A stretch of DNA of 64,000 nucleotides from an uncultured Bacilli bacterium (GTDB lineage Bacteria > Bacillota_I > Bacilli_A > RF39 > UBA660): assembly GCA_947623925.1 (NCBI GenBank), contig CANQID010000003.1, positions 6,728 through 70,727 of the forward strand. The letters run 5' to 3'. Every line of letters starts with the position of its first letter. Position 1 is the stretch's first letter. The notes beneath the pieces are model-generated. The model saw only the letters and a program-made list of their open reading frames with translations. It had not been told where the DNA came from and did not search any database. The position numbers were made by a program, and so were the translations under genes. Shown one piece after another: positions 53,935 through 64,000 of the stretch.

Positions 53935-54291
53935 ATGAAAGGATTTACTTTAGTAGAATTAATGATTGTCATAATATTACTTGGGTTAATTGCTCTAACA
54001 ACAGTACCTGTTATTATTAGTAATATAAATGATTCAAAAGAAAAACTTTATAATGAACAAGTTATCTTGCTTGAAAACGCAACTAAAAGGTGGACTATTT
54101 ATCACACAAATGAAGTAGAAAAAACTGAAGATTTTTCAAGATGCGTTACAATAGAAGAATTAGAAAAAGAAAATTATATAGAAGATAAGAAAGTAATAAA
54201 TCCAAAAACAAATGAATATATGAATGGTTGTGTAGAAATAAAATATGATCAAGAGTATAATCAATTTACATATAAATATAAAGAAGCATAG
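53935..54291 (+). CDS. Type IV/ComG-like prepilin
   Basis: MKG|FTLVELMIVIILLG class III signal; Cys pair; own extended -10 TGGTACAAT at 53900. Confidence 0.85.
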   Translation: MKGFTLVELMIVIILLGLIALTTVPVIISNINDSKEKLYNEQVILLENATKRWTIYHTNEVEKTEDFSRCVTIEELEKENYIEDKKVINPKTNEYMNGCVEIKYDQEYNQFTYKYKEA

Positions 54292-54304
54292 TAGGGTGAT
54301 ACAA

Positions 54305-55090
54305 ATGGGTAAAATTATAGCTTTAGTAAATCAAAAGGGGGGTGTTGGTAAAACAACATCTAGTATAAATTTAGCTGCATCTTTAGGTGCATTAAAAAGG
54401 AGAGTATTATTAGTAGATTTAGACCCACAAGGAAATACAACTACAGGCATAGGAATAGATAAATCAACAATAAAAAAAAGTATATATGACTTATTACTTG
54501 ACAATGCAGAATTATCAGAGGCCATAATAAAAACAAACTTTAAAAATCTATATGCAATACCTGCTACTATAAATTTAGCAGGTGTAGATATTGAACTAAT
54601 GGAAAAAAGTAGATTAGAGCCGGGATTTTCAAAAGGAGGACAATTAAAAAAATATTTAAGTGTTGCAAAAAATATGTTTGATTATATAATAATAGATTGT
54701 CCACCAAGTTTAGGAATTTTAACTACAAATGCACTTACTGCATCAGATTCAGTTATAATACCTGTACAATGTGAATTTTTTGCACTCGAAGGAATAATGC
54801 AACTTATTAATACAATAATGCTTGCCCAAAAAAACTTAAATCCATCATTAGATATTGAAGGAGTTTTACTTACTATGTTAGACAATAGAACTAATTTAGG
54901 ATTAGAAGTAGTAGAAGATATAAAAAGTTATTTTAAAGAAAGAGTTTATGATACAATAATACCTAGACTTGTTAGATTATCTGAAGCACCAAGCCATGGA
55001 AAACCAATAATTGCATATGATCCACATAGCAGAGGAACTGAAGCATATTTAAATTTAGCTAAAGAGGTGATTGAAAGAAATGGAAACTAA
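54305..55090 (+). CDS. parA: ParA/Soj ATPase
   Basis: NQKGGVGKTT, DLDPQGN, DCPPSLG, PVQCEFFALEG. Confidence 0.97.
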   Translation: MGKIIALVNQKGGVGKTTSSINLAASLGALKRRVLLVDLDPQGNTTTGIGIDKSTIKKSIYDLLLDNAELSEAIIKTNFKNLYAIPATINLAGVDIELMEKSRLEPGFSKGGQLKKYLSVAKNMFDYIIIDCPPSLGILTTNALTASDSVIIPVQCEFFALEGIMQLINTIMLAQKNLNPSLDIEGVLLTMLDNRTNLGLEVVEDIKSYFKERVYDTIIPRLVRLSEAPSHGKPIIAYDPHSRGTEAYLNLAKEVIERNGN

Positions 55091-55958
55091 AAAAAGAGCA
55101 CTTGGTAGAGGATTAGAAGAATTATTTAATAACGAAAATTTAGATTTGCAAAGTTTAGAATCTAAAATATATGAAACTGCTAGTAATGAAGAAGTAATCG
55201 AAGTTCCTATAGAAGAATTAAGACCAAATCCATATCAACCAAGAAAAGTATTTAATGAAGAAGCATTAAAAGAATTAGCTGATTCTATAAAAGAACATGG
55301 TGTAATTCAACCAATAATCGTTAAAAGAAGTATAAAAGGCTATGAAATAATAGCAGGAGAAAGAAGATATAGAGCTTCTAAATTAGCAGGATTACAAAAG
55401 ATACCTGCACTTATAAGAAATTTTACAGATAATCAAATGATGGAAATTGCACTATTAGAAAATTTACAAAGAGAAAATTTGAATGCAATAGAAGAAGCAA
55501 TTGCTTATAAAAAAATGATTGAAAAACTTAATTTAACACAAGATGAATTATCAAAAAAAGTTGGAAAAAGTAGAAGTCATATAACAAATATAATTGGTTT
55601 ATTAAGACTTCCAAAAGAAGTTCAACAAATGTTAGTTGATTCTAAAATAACAATGGGACATGCAAGAGCACTAAGTAAATTAGAATCAGATGAAGAAATA
55701 ATAAAGCTTGCTAATAAAATTATAAATGAAAAATTACCAGTAAGAAAAACAGAAGAAGATTTAAGTTTGCAAAATTTAGAAAAGAAAATTAAAATAAATA
55801 GAGCCGCTTCAAAACTAAATGAATTTAAATATGTAGAAGACTTATTACGTGATAAATTAGATACTAAAGTAAAAATAAAAGATAAAAAAATTGAAATATC
55901 ATTTACGAATACAGCAGATTTAAATAGAATACTTGAAGTTTTAAATGTTAAGGAGTAA
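55080..55958 (+). CDS. parB: ParB/Spo0J CTPase
   Basis: LGRGL, PNPYQPR, AGERRYRA, ENLQRE, KSRSHITN, MGHARAL. Confidence 0.97.
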   Translation: METKKRALGRGLEELFNNENLDLQSLESKIYETASNEEVIEVPIEELRPNPYQPRKVFNEEALKELADSIKEHGVIQPIIVKRSIKGYEIIAGERRYRASKLAGLQKIPALIRNFTDNQMMEIALLENLQRENLNAIEEAIAYKKMIEKLNLTQDELSKKVGKSRSHITNIIGLLRLPKEVQQMLVDSKITMGHARALSKLESDEEIIKLANKIINEKLPVRKTEEDLSLQNLEKKIKINRAASKLNEFKYVEDLLRDKLDTKVKIKDKKIEISFTNTADLNRILEVLNVKE

Positions 55959-55961
55959 TGT

Positions 55962-56762
55962 ATGAAAATTCTTGAATTTGTATTAGTAAAAGAAGTTGTT
56001 TATCCTGTTTTAATTATTTTACTTTCAGCATTAATATATATAATTATAAAAAATTTTACGAAAAGATTATTTAGTGTTAAAGTAAAAAAAATAGACATAA
56101 AGAAAAAAAATACTGCTTGTAGTGTAATAATAAACCTTGAAAAATCTTTTATAATCATAGTAGCGTTTTTAATGATTTTAAGTGTATATGGAGTAGATAC
56201 TATGGCTTTAGTAACTTCTTTAGGAATAGTTGGAGTAGTTGCAGGTTTGGCTGTACAAGATACTTTAAAAGATTTTGTTTCTGGAATTTCTATAATCTTT
56301 GAAAATAAATTTTGTGTAGGTGACAATATAACAGTAAATGATTTTAGAGGAGATGTTATAGAACTTGGAATGAAAACAACTAAAATAAAATCATATACTG
56401 GTGAAGTTTTAATAATACCAAATCATTTAATAGATAAAGTTATTAATCACAGTATTGATAAATCATTAGCTATCGTAGATATTGGAGTTTCATATGAAGA
56501 AAATTTAGATAAAGTAGAAAATGTACTAGAGGAATTGTGCAAAAACTTGACAAAAGAGTTAAAATGTCTAAAAGGAGAAGTACAATTGCTTGGTATTAAT
56601 GATTTAGCGTCATCTTCTATAAAATATAGAATAACTGCTGATACAGTTGCAATGGAAAACTATAAAATAGAAAGAGAAATAAGAAAACAAATAAAAGTTG
56701 CTTTTGATAAAAATAAAATAAATATTCCATATGATCAGGTGGTAGTACATAATGAAAAATGA
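55962..56762 (+). CDS. mscS: Small-conductance mechanosensitive channel
   Basis: GLAVQDTLKDFVSG, VGD.I, IPN, IPY. Confidence 0.92.
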   Translation: MKILEFVLVKEVVYPVLIILLSALIYIIIKNFTKRLFSVKVKKIDIKKKNTACSVIINLEKSFIIIVAFLMILSVYGVDTMALVTSLGIVGVVAGLAVQDTLKDFVSGISIIFENKFCVGDNITVNDFRGDVIELGMKTTKIKSYTGEVLIIPNHLIDKVINHSIDKSLAIVDIGVSYEENLDKVENVLEELCKNLTKELKCLKGEVQLLGINDLASSSIKYRITADTVAMENYKIEREIRKQIKVAFDKNKINIPYDQVVVHNEK

Positions 56763-56937
56763 TTATAAATTAAATACAATAGTAGAAATGAAAAAACAGC
56801 ATCCTTGTGGATCAAAAAATTTTGAAATTATAAGATTAGGAGCAGATATAAAAATAAAATGCGTACAATGTGGTAGAATTATAATGCTACCTAGAATAGA
56901 GTTTAACAAGAAAATAAAAAAAATTGTTACCTATTAG
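56752..56937 (+). CDS. DUF951 family protein (YyzM-like)
   Basis: MKKQHPCGS, RLGADIKIKC..CG. Confidence 0.92.
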   Translation: MKNDYKLNTIVEMKKQHPCGSKNFEIIRLGADIKIKCVQCGRIIMLPRIEFNKKIKKIVTY

Positions 56938-56946
56938 GAGGTAAAT

Positions 56947-58452
56947 ATGAAAAAACACAAAGATAGAAAGAAAAAATATATAGGAACTATATCCATATTA
57001 TTGATATTGATAATTTTTGTCATGATTCTAAGTTTGATTTTTAATAAATTAGGAATAAATGGTCAAAAAACATCTATAAATAATGGATTATTAGAATCAT
57101 CTCTAATTACAATAAATAATGCTTTTTCAATAGATGGAATAAAATTTATATTAGGAAATATATTTTCAAATAGTAACATTTTAAAACCATTACTTATTCT
57201 TATTTTATCAGTTATGTGTACAAGCATACTAGAATCAAGTGGGATTTTAAATCATATTTTTTCTAGATTTGGAAAATTAAAAACACCAATAATTACATTT
57301 TTTACATCACTAATATCAATAGTATTTGTATTTTTTGGAGAATATAGCTATTTATTTCTTTTCCCATTTATAGGTGCTGTATATAAAGTAATGGGTAGGA
57401 ACTCACTAGTTGGTATAATAACAGTGTTTTTATCAATAACATTTGGTTATGGATTTGGAATATTTATGAATAATGACCAATATTCATTAGGACTTTTAAC
57501 AGAACAAGCTGCGACACTAGATGTCGATCCATCATATAAATTCAATATTTTTTCAATGAATTATATAATGGTTATTGGTACATTTTTACTTGCTTTTGTT
57601 TTAACATTTTTTATTGAAAAAACAATAATGTCAAAATATAAAAAATTAGAAAAAAGTGAATCTGAATATAATTATTCAAAAATTGCATTAATAATATGTG
57701 GCATTATATTTATAATAGGAACTTTGTTAGTTATTGTATGTATATTACCAAGTAGTCCTTTATTAGATAATGCAAGTTCAAGTTATATGGCTAAATTATT
57801 TGGTGAACAGTCTGTAATCAAGGATGGTTTAATATATATAATTTTATTAATTTTTATTTTAATAGGAAGTATATATGGTAAAATAACTAAAAACTTTTCA
57901 AATGATGTAGAGGCAAACCTTGGAATTACTACTGGTTTTCAAGATTTAGGATTTACATTTGCAGTTATATTTTTTGTAACACAATTAATTTCTATATTAG
58001 ATTATACAAATATAGGTGCTGTTCTTGTAACAGGTTTAACTAATTTAATAAGTGTTGTTGATTTTTCTGGTTTATTTTTAATTATTTCTTTTATATTAAT
58101 AACAATTATTATGACAATAGTAGTACCTGACTTACTAGATAAATGGACATTAATGTCACCTATTATAGTTCCATTATTTATGAGAGCAAACATTACTCCA
58201 GAATTTTGTCAATTTTTGTATGTAATTTCAAATTCATTTGCAAGATGTGTAACTCCGATATTTATGTATCTTTTAATAATGATGGGATTTATGCAAAAAT
58301 ATAATACTGAATGTCATGAAATTACAATATTAGGTACTTTAAAAATTATGATGCCAACTATTTTATGGGTAATTGGAATTATAATAGTATTTGTATTATT
58401 ATGGTATATTTCAGGATTACCTGTTGGAATAAGCGGATATCCAACTTTATAG
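56947..58452 (+). CDS. Divergent AbgT-family transporter
   Basis: Polytopic; KW..MSPIIVP.F, PEF.Q, TP..Y, QKY, WY..GLP.G resemble the AbgT C-terminal half. Confidence 0.7.
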   Translation: MKKHKDRKKKYIGTISILLILIIFVMILSLIFNKLGINGQKTSINNGLLESSLITINNAFSIDGIKFILGNIFSNSNILKPLLILILSVMCTSILESSGILNHIFSRFGKLKTPIITFFTSLISIVFVFFGEYSYLFLFPFIGAVYKVMGRNSLVGIITVFLSITFGYGFGIFMNNDQYSLGLLTEQAATLDVDPSYKFNIFSMNYIMVIGTFLLAFVLTFFIEKTIMSKYKKLEKSESEYNYSKIALIICGIIFIIGTLLVIVCILPSSPLLDNASSSYMAKLFGEQSVIKDGLIYIILLIFILIGSIYGKITKNFSNDVEANLGITTGFQDLGFTFAVIFFVTQLISILDYTNIGAVLVTGLTNLISVVDFSGLFLIISFILITIIMTIVVPDLLDKWTLMSPIIVPLFMRANITPEFCQFLYVISNSFARCVTPIFMYLLIMMGFMQKYNTECHEITILGTLKIMMPTILWVIGIIIVFVLLWYISGLPVGISGYPTL

Positions 58453-58467
58453 ATAGGGGGGAATATT

Positions 58468-59565
58468 ATGAGTTTGACAGCAGGAATAGTAGGTTTACCT
58501 AATGTAGGTAAATCGACTTTATTTAATGCAATAACAAAAAAAAATATATTAGCTGCAAATTATCCTTTTGCAACTATAGATCCAAATGTTGGAGTAGTAA
58601 CTGTACCAGATAAAAGATTAGAATTTTTGGAAAATTTATATTTACCACAAAATTTAGTGCCAACTTCATTTGAATTTACCGATATAGCAGGTTTAGTAAA
58701 AGGAGCCTCAAAAGGAGAAGGATTAGGTAATAAGTTTTTATCACATATAAGAGAAGTAGATGCAATAGTTGAAGTTGTAAGATGTTTTGATGACAAAAAT
58801 ATAATACATGTAGAATCAAGTGTAGATCCTATAAGAGATATAGAAATAATAAATGTTGAATTATTACTTGCAGATTTAGAAGTAATAGATAATAGAATAA
58901 ATAAAATAGGTAAAAAAGCAATTCTTTCTAATGATAAATCAGTAAAAAAAGAGGCAGAAATTTTAAATAAAATAAAACAAGCTTTAGAACAAAATATACC
59001 TATTAGAAAATTGGAATTTGATGAAGATGAATATAAATTAATAAAAAACTTCAATTTAATAACTGCAAAACCTATAATATATATGGCAAATGTATCAGAA
59101 GAAGACATACAAAATGGAAATAATTATGTAGAACAAGTTAAAAGATATGCACAAAATGAAGGTTCAGAAGTAGTAGTAGTATGCGCAAAAATAGAGTCAG
59201 AATTAAGCGAACTTAATGATGATGATAAAAAAGAATTTTTAAATGAATTAGGCATATCGGATAGTGGATTAGATAAACTTATAAAAGCAACTTATAATTT
59301 ATTAGGACTTGCTACATTTTTTACTTCTGGTAGTGATGAAGTGAGAGCTTGGACATTTAAAAAAGGAATGAAAGCACCTGAATGTGCAGGTATAATTCAT
59401 ACAGATTTTCAAAGAGGCTTTATTAAGGCAGAAGTAATGAGTTTTGATGATTTAGAAAAATATGGAAATGAAAAGGCTGTTAAAGAAGCAGGAAAACTTA
59501 GGCTAGAAGGCAAAGAATATTTAATGCAAGATGGAGATATTTGTTTATTTAGATTTAATGTTTAA
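58468..59565 (+). CDS. ychF: Obg-family ATPase YchF
   Basis: GIVGLPNVGKST, ANYPFATI, DIAGLV, FRFNV. Confidence 0.98.
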   Translation: MSLTAGIVGLPNVGKSTLFNAITKKNILAANYPFATIDPNVGVVTVPDKRLEFLENLYLPQNLVPTSFEFTDIAGLVKGASKGEGLGNKFLSHIREVDAIVEVVRCFDDKNIIHVESSVDPIRDIEIINVELLLADLEVIDNRINKIGKKAILSNDKSVKKEAEILNKIKQALEQNIPIRKLEFDEDEYKLIKNFNLITAKPIIYMANVSEEDIQNGNNYVEQVKRYAQNEGSEVVVVCAKIESELSELNDDDKKEFLNELGISDSGLDKLIKATYNLLGLATFFTSGSDEVRAWTFKKGMKAPECAGIIHTDFQRGFIKAEVMSFDDLEKYGNEKAVKEAGKLRLEGKEYLMQDGDICLFRFNV

Positions 59566-59683
59566 ATTATATAAAATTTTTATAAATTTAAGGAATTTTA
59601 TTTCCTTTTTATTTTAAATTAATTTATATAAAAACATAATATTATGAATTTAAAAAAAAATATTGAATAAATTTAAAATAAGG

Positions 59684-59712
59684 TTTACAAAATTAAAATC
59701 TTTTGTTATAAT
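59684..59712 (+). promoter_or_regulatory. SigA promoter of rpsF-ssb-rpsR
   Basis: TTTACA-17 bp-TATAAT with extended TG. Confidence 0.8.
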
Positions 59713-59731
59713 CTACATCGAGTATTAATTT

Positions 59732-59775
59732 ACTCCTTGCTCATTTTATATGGGCCAATAGACCATAAGGAGGTG
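59732..59775 (+). ncRNA. S6:S18 ribosomal leader
   Basis: CTCCTT pairs with AAGGAG (RBS); inner GCTC/GGGC stem followed by CCA-ATAGACC (CCR motif). Confidence 0.8.
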
Positions 59776-59780
59776 GGAAA

Positions 59781-60071
59781 ATGAAAAACTATGAAATTAT
59801 GTTTATCGTTCGTCCTACACTATCAGAAGATGAAATAAAAAAAGTTGCTTCTTCTTTTGAAAAAGTGTTAAAGGATAATGGTGCAACAGATATAAAAGTT
59901 GATTCTATGGGACAAAGAGAATTAGCTTATGAAATTAAAGATTTCAAGAGTGGATATTACTATGTAATGACTTGCTCATCAAGCGATGATAAAGCTATAA
60001 AAGAATTTGATCGTTTAGCTTTAATAAGTAATGATATAGTACGTCATTTAATAACTAAACTTGAGAAATAA
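59781..60071 (+). CDS. rpsF: 30S ribosomal protein S6
   Basis: YEIMFIVRP, LAYEI, RHLI. Confidence 0.98.
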   Translation: MKNYEIMFIVRPTLSEDEIKKVASSFEKVLKDNGATDIKVDSMGQRELAYEIKDFKSGYYYVMTCSSSDDKAIKEFDRLALISNDIVRHLITKLEK

Positions 60072-60086
60072 GAAAGAGGTAAATAA

Positions 60087-60539
60087 ATGAATCGTGTAAT
60101 GTTGATTGGTAGATTAACTGCAAAACCTGAATTGAGATATACGGGATCAAATTTACCATTTGCTCGTTTTTCAGTAGCAGTAAATAGAACATTTAATAAT
60201 GCTCAAGGAGAAAGACAAACTGACTTTATAAATGTGATCGTTTGGAGAAAACAAGCAGAGAATGTATGCAATTTTTTAAATAAAGGAAGTTTAGTATCTG
60301 TTGAGGGAAGATTACAAACAGGAAGTTATGATGATAAAGATGGAAACAAAAGATATACTATGGATGTAGTTGCTGATTCAGTTCAATTTTTAGAAAGTAA
60401 AGCACAATCTCAAAGTAGAATACAGAATCAAGATGTAACACCATATGATTATCAAGAAGCTCCAACAGTTGATGTTGATAGTGATCCATTTGCTGATTTT
60501 GGAGATAGTGTTTCTATTGATGAAAACTTCTTAGATTAA
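60087..60539 (+). CDS. ssb: Single-stranded DNA-binding protein
   Basis: [17 protein letters not shown]; VEGRLQT; operon context. Confidence 0.98.
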   Translation: MNRVMLIGRLTAKPELRYTGSNLPFARFSVAVNRTFNNAQGERQTDFINVIVWRKQAENVCNFLNKGSLVSVEGRLQTGSYDDKDGNKRYTMDVVADSVQFLESKAQSQSRIQNQDVTPYDYQEAPTVDVDSDPFADFGDSVSIDENFLD

Positions 60540-60553
60540 AGGAGGAAAATAAA

Positions 60554-60772
60554 ATGGCTGAATTTTATAGAAAAAAGAAAAAAATATGTCAAATGTGTGC
60601 TGGAAAAGACGTTGATTATAAAGATGTTGATATAGTAAAAAAATATGTAAGTAACGATAAAGGAAAAATTTTACCAAGACGTATGACAGGCGCATGTGCT
60701 AAACATCAAAGACATATAGCAGGTGAAATTAAAAAAGCACGCTTTATGGCTTTATTACCTTTTGTTAAATAA
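60554..60772 (+). CDS. rpsR: 30S ribosomal protein S18 (zinc-binding form)
   Basis: CQMC, DYKD, GKILPRR.TG.CAKHQR. Confidence 0.98.
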   Translation: MAEFYRKKKKICQMCAGKDVDYKDVDIVKKYVSNDKGKILPRRMTGACAKHQRHIAGEIKKARFMALLPFVK

Positions 60773-60795
60773 TCACATTTTAATGTGATTTTTTT
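60771..60795 (+). terminator. Intrinsic terminator after rpsR
   Basis: AATCACATT-TT-AATGTGATT followed by a T-tract. Confidence 0.75.
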
Positions 60796-60875
60796 AATGT
60801 ATATATTAAGTATTTCTATTTTATTTTTTTTTAATATATGTTAGAATATGATACGTAAAAGAAAGCAGTGGTAAT

Positions 60876-62753
60876 ATGAATGAGAACTATGAAATAATAG
60901 TAGTTGGTGGAGGTCATGCAGGGTGTGAAGCCTCACTTGCCTCATCACGTTTAGGACATAATACTTTATTAATAACTGGAAATAAAAAGAATATAGCAGA
61001 TATGCCATGTAATCCATCTATAGGTGGTAGTGCAAAGGGAATAGTAGTAAGAGAAATAGATGCACTTGGTGGAGAAATGGGGAGAAATGCAGATAAAGGG
61101 TTACTTCAAATAAAAATGTTAAATAGTGCAAAAGGACCTGCTGTACAAGCATTGCGTGCTCAAGCAGATAAAATTACATATCCAAAAGAAATGTTAAAAA
61201 CACTTGAAAACCAAAAAAATCTTCAAATTTTAGAAGCAATGGTGGAGGATTTAATAATAGAAAATAATAAAGTAAAGGGAGTAGTTTTATCGGATGGTAA
61301 AAAAATATATTCAAATTCAGTTATATTAACAACAGGAACATATTTAAAATCTGATATTTTAGTTGGAGATACAAGACATAGAGAAGGTCCTCATGGGGAA
61401 AAACCAAGTAATCATTTAAGTGATAATTTAAAAAAATATGGATTTAAAATTATAAGATTAAAAACAGGAACACCACAAAGAATAGATAAAAATACAATAG
61501 ATTTTAGTAAAACAAAAAGAGAAGATGGAGATAATAAAATATTAACATTTAGTTTTGATAATAAATATTACTATGATGTAAATAATCAACAACCTTGCTA
61601 CTTAATATATACCACAGAAAAAACACATGAAATAATAAGAAATAATTTAAACAAATCAAGTATGTATGGGGGTTTATCTGATATAAAGGGAATAGGTCCA
61701 AGATATTGCCCTTCAATAGAAGACAAAATTGTAAGATTTAGTGATAAAGAAAGACATCAACTATTTTTAGAACCAGAAAGCATTTACTACGATGATATAT
61801 ATATACAAGGATTTTCAACAAGTATGCCACATGATATACAAGAACAAATGGTACATAGTTTACCCGGATTAGAACACGCAAAAATATTAAAATATGCTTA
61901 TGCAATAGAATATGATGCCATATATCCAACCCAATTAAAACAAACATTAGAAACAAAAATAATAGAAAATTTATATACAGCTGGCCAAATAAATGGAACA
62001 AGTGGTTATGAAGAAGCAGCATGTCAAGGTTTAATTGCAGGTATCAATGCATCTTTAAAACTCCAAAATAGAGAACCATTAATATTAAAAAGGAATGAAG
62101 CATATATAGGTGTATTAATAGATGATTTAGTTACTAAAGGGGTGAGAGACCCATATAGACTTTTAACTTCAAGAGCAGAATATAGATTATTATTAAGAAG
62201 TGATAATGCAGATTTAAGGTTAATGGAAAAAGGTTATAATATTGGTTTAGTACAACAAGAAAAATATGATAAACTATTATTAAAAAAACAAAATATAAAA
62301 AAATTAATAGATTTATTAAAAGATACAAAAATAACTCCTAAAAAAGAAATAAATGAATATTTAAAAAAATACACTACACAATTGAAAGATGGAATATCTC
62401 TTTATAATTTGCTAAAAAGACCAGAAATAACTATGAATCAGATTAATCATTTTATAGATTTAAAGTTTGATGATGAAGTCATAGAACAAGTAGAAATAAG
62501 TATAAAGTATGAGGGATACATAGAAAAATCCAATAAAGAAGCAGAAAAAATGGTAGATTTAGAAAATAAGAGAATACCTGAAAATATTAATTACGATTTA
62601 ATACATAATTTAGCAAGTGAAGCAAAACAAAAACTAAAAGAAGTAAAACCAACTTCAATAGGTCAAGCATTAAGAATTAGTGGGGTAAATCCTGCTGATA
62701 TTTCAATATTAATGATTTATTTAAAAAAGGAATATAATTATGGAAATAAATGA
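60876..62753 (+). CDS. mnmG: tRNA modification enzyme MnmG (GidA)
   Basis: [38 protein letters not shown]. Confidence 0.99.
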   Translation: MNENYEIIVVGGGHAGCEASLASSRLGHNTLLITGNKKNIADMPCNPSIGGSAKGIVVREIDALGGEMGRNADKGLLQIKMLNSAKGPAVQALRAQADKITYPKEMLKTLENQKNLQILEAMVEDLIIENNKVKGVVLSDGKKIYSNSVILTTGTYLKSDILVGDTRHREGPHGEKPSNHLSDNLKKYGFKIIRLKTGTPQRIDKNTIDFSKTKREDGDNKILTFSFDNKYYYDVNNQQPCYLIYTTEKTHEIIRNNLNKSSMYGGLSDIKGIGPRYCPSIEDKIVRFSDKERHQLFLEPESIYYDDIYIQGFSTSMPHDIQEQMVHSLPGLEHAKILKYAYAIEYDAIYPTQLKQTLETKIIENLYTAGQINGTSGYEEAACQGLIAGINASLKLQNREPLILKRNEAYIGVLIDDLVTKGVRDPYRLLTSRAEYRLLLRSDNADLRLMEKGYNIGLVQQEKYDKLLLKKQNIKKLIDLLKDTKITPKKEINEYLKKYTTQLKDGISLYNLLKRPEITMNQINHFIDLKFDDEVIEQVEISIKYEGYIEKSNKEAEKMVDLENKRIPENINYDLIHNLASEAKQKLKEVKPTSIGQALRISGVNPADISILMIYLKKEYNYGNK

Positions 62754-63444
62754 ATTTATAGAAGAAGTAAGAAAATTACAAATTAGTATAAATGATGATA
62801 TATTAAATAAATTAGAAAAATACTATAATTTATTAATAAAATACAATGAAGTAATGAATTTAACTGCAATAACAGAAAAAAAGCAAGTTTATTTAAAACA
62901 TTTTTATGATTCATTATGTATAATTAAAGTAATAGATTTAAATAACGAAGAATCATTGTGTGATATAGGAACGGGAGCTGGATTCCCCGGTATAGTTTTA
63001 AAAATATTTTATCCACATTTAAAAGTAACTTTACTGGATTCTTTAAATAAAAGAATAGATTTTTTAAAAATTATAATTAAGGAACTTAATCTAACTAACA
63101 TAGAAGCAATACATATTAGAGCAGAAGAATATGCTTTAAACAATAGGGAAAAATTTGATGTTGTAACTTCAAGAGCAGTAGCAAATCTAAATACACTACT
63201 TGAATTATCTATCCCTATGGTTAAAATAAATAAATATTTTATTCCATTGAAAGCTAATATTGATATTGAATTAGAGCAAAGTAAGAATGCTTTAGAAAAA
63301 CTAAACTCAAAAATTATATACACTTGCAAATTTCTACTTCCAATAGAAAATAGCAGTAGGACAATTCTAAAAATTGAAAAATATTCAGAAACTAACAAAT
63401 TATTTCCCAGGAAATATTCTGAAATTAAGAGAAAGCCTTTATAA
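62740..63444 (+). CDS. rsmG: 16S rRNA G527 methyltransferase RsmG (GidB)
   Basis: [25 protein letters not shown]. Confidence 0.98.
   Translation: MEINEFIEEVRKLQISINDDILNKLEKYYNLLIKYNEVMNLTAITEKKQVYLKHFYDSLCIIKVIDLNNEESLCDIGTGAGFPGIVLKIFYPHLKVTLLDSLNKRIDFLKIIIKELNLTNIEAIHIRAEEYALNNREKFDVVTSRAVANLNTLLELSIPMVKINKYFIPLKANIDIELEQSKNALEKLNSKIIYTCKFLLPIENSSRTILKIEKYSETNKLFPRKYSEIKRKPL
63401..63416. promoter_or_regulatory. Near-consensus Noc-binding site
   Basis: TATTTCCCAGGAAATA, 1 mismatch to TATTTCCCGGGAAATA. Confidence 0.6.
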
Positions 63445-63549
63445 TATAAGGCTTTTTAAATTATTTGAATTTATTTCCCAAAATCTCTTGTTTTATTTCC
63501 CAAAATATAGTAAAATATACCATGAAAGAATAAGAAGGGAGTTTTTTGT

Positions 63550-64000
63550 GTGGAAGTAAATAGGAAAGTAGTAGAACTAGCTTTGGATGACATTTTGCCT
63601 AATCGATTTCAACCAAGAATAAAATTTAATGAAGACTCTTTAAACGAACTTGCTGAATCAATAAAAGAGCATGGTGTTATACAACCGATAGTAGTAAGAG
63701 CTGTAGGAGATAAATATGAAATAATTGCGGGAGAAAGAAGATATAAAGCTTCAGTATTGGCAAATAAAACTACAATACCTGCCATAGTTACAGATTTGAA
63801 TGATAAAGATAGTGCAGAAGTAGCTTTAATTGAAAATGTGCAAAGACAAAACTTAACACCTATAGAAGAAGCAATATCTTATAAAAAAATACTTGATATG
63901 GGATATTTAAATCAAACGGCATTAGCTGAAAAACTTGGAAAAAACCAATCTACGATTGCAAATAAATTAAGACTTTTAGAGTTAGATGATGAAGTACAAG
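63550..64000 (+). CDS. noc: Nucleoid occlusion protein Noc-like ParB paralog (partial, runs off the window)
   Basis: GTG start after AAGGGAG; PNRFQPR, AGERRY, ENVQR, HTH QSTIANKLRLL; follows rsmG. Confidence 0.82.
   Translation, partial: MEVNRKVVELALDDILPNRFQPRIKFNEDSLNELAESIKEHGVIQPIVVRAVGDKYEIIAGERRYKASVLANKTTIPAIVTDLNDKDSAEVALIENVQRQNLTPIEEAISYKKILDMGYLNQTALAEKLGKNQSTIANKLRLLELDDEVQ

Noticed and set aside
63374-63559. 61-aa ORF bridging rsmG and noc
   Set aside because: Overlaps the rsmG end, its terminator and the noc promoter; no RBS or recognisable motif

Overview
Very AT-rich chromosomal origin region of a genome-reduced, probably spore-forming Bacilli-class firmicute. An RF39-like gut lineage is plausible but is inference. 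The genetic code is 11 (TGA stops in secY, pth, spoVT). Gene orientation flips at about 49.5 kb, and oriC is bipartite around dnaA. Left arm (minus strand): dnaA-dnaN-comK-recF-gyrB-gyrA, a five-copy tandem parS array, a minimal SRP RNA, tadA-dnaX-ebfC-recR-bofA-holB-ricT-trmN6-rsmI-pth-mfd-spoVT, a small membrane ORF, tatD-yabE-like-rsmA-AGCS symporter-ung-tilS-ftsH, a thioester-domain adhesin/sortase cassette, then the S10-spc-alpha ribosomal cluster without rpmD (L30). Right arm (plus strand): rpmH-rnpA-yidC-jag-HD protein-mnmE-prepilin-parA-parB-mscS-DUF951-AbgT-like-ychF-rpsF-ssb-rpsR-mnmG-rsmG-noc (partial). I saw no rRNA, tRNA, CRISPR or mobile element. Most of the window is core housekeeping. 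The best leads are the phased parS tandem array, FtsH with a C-terminal Rho_N-like module, comK inserted between dnaN and recF, a TED adhesin paired with a sortase lacking its catalytic Arg and under a Spo0A-box promoter, a helix-less Noc with cognate NBS sites, a ~72-nt SRP RNA, a non-canonical SSB tail, and paired cysteines in exported proteins.
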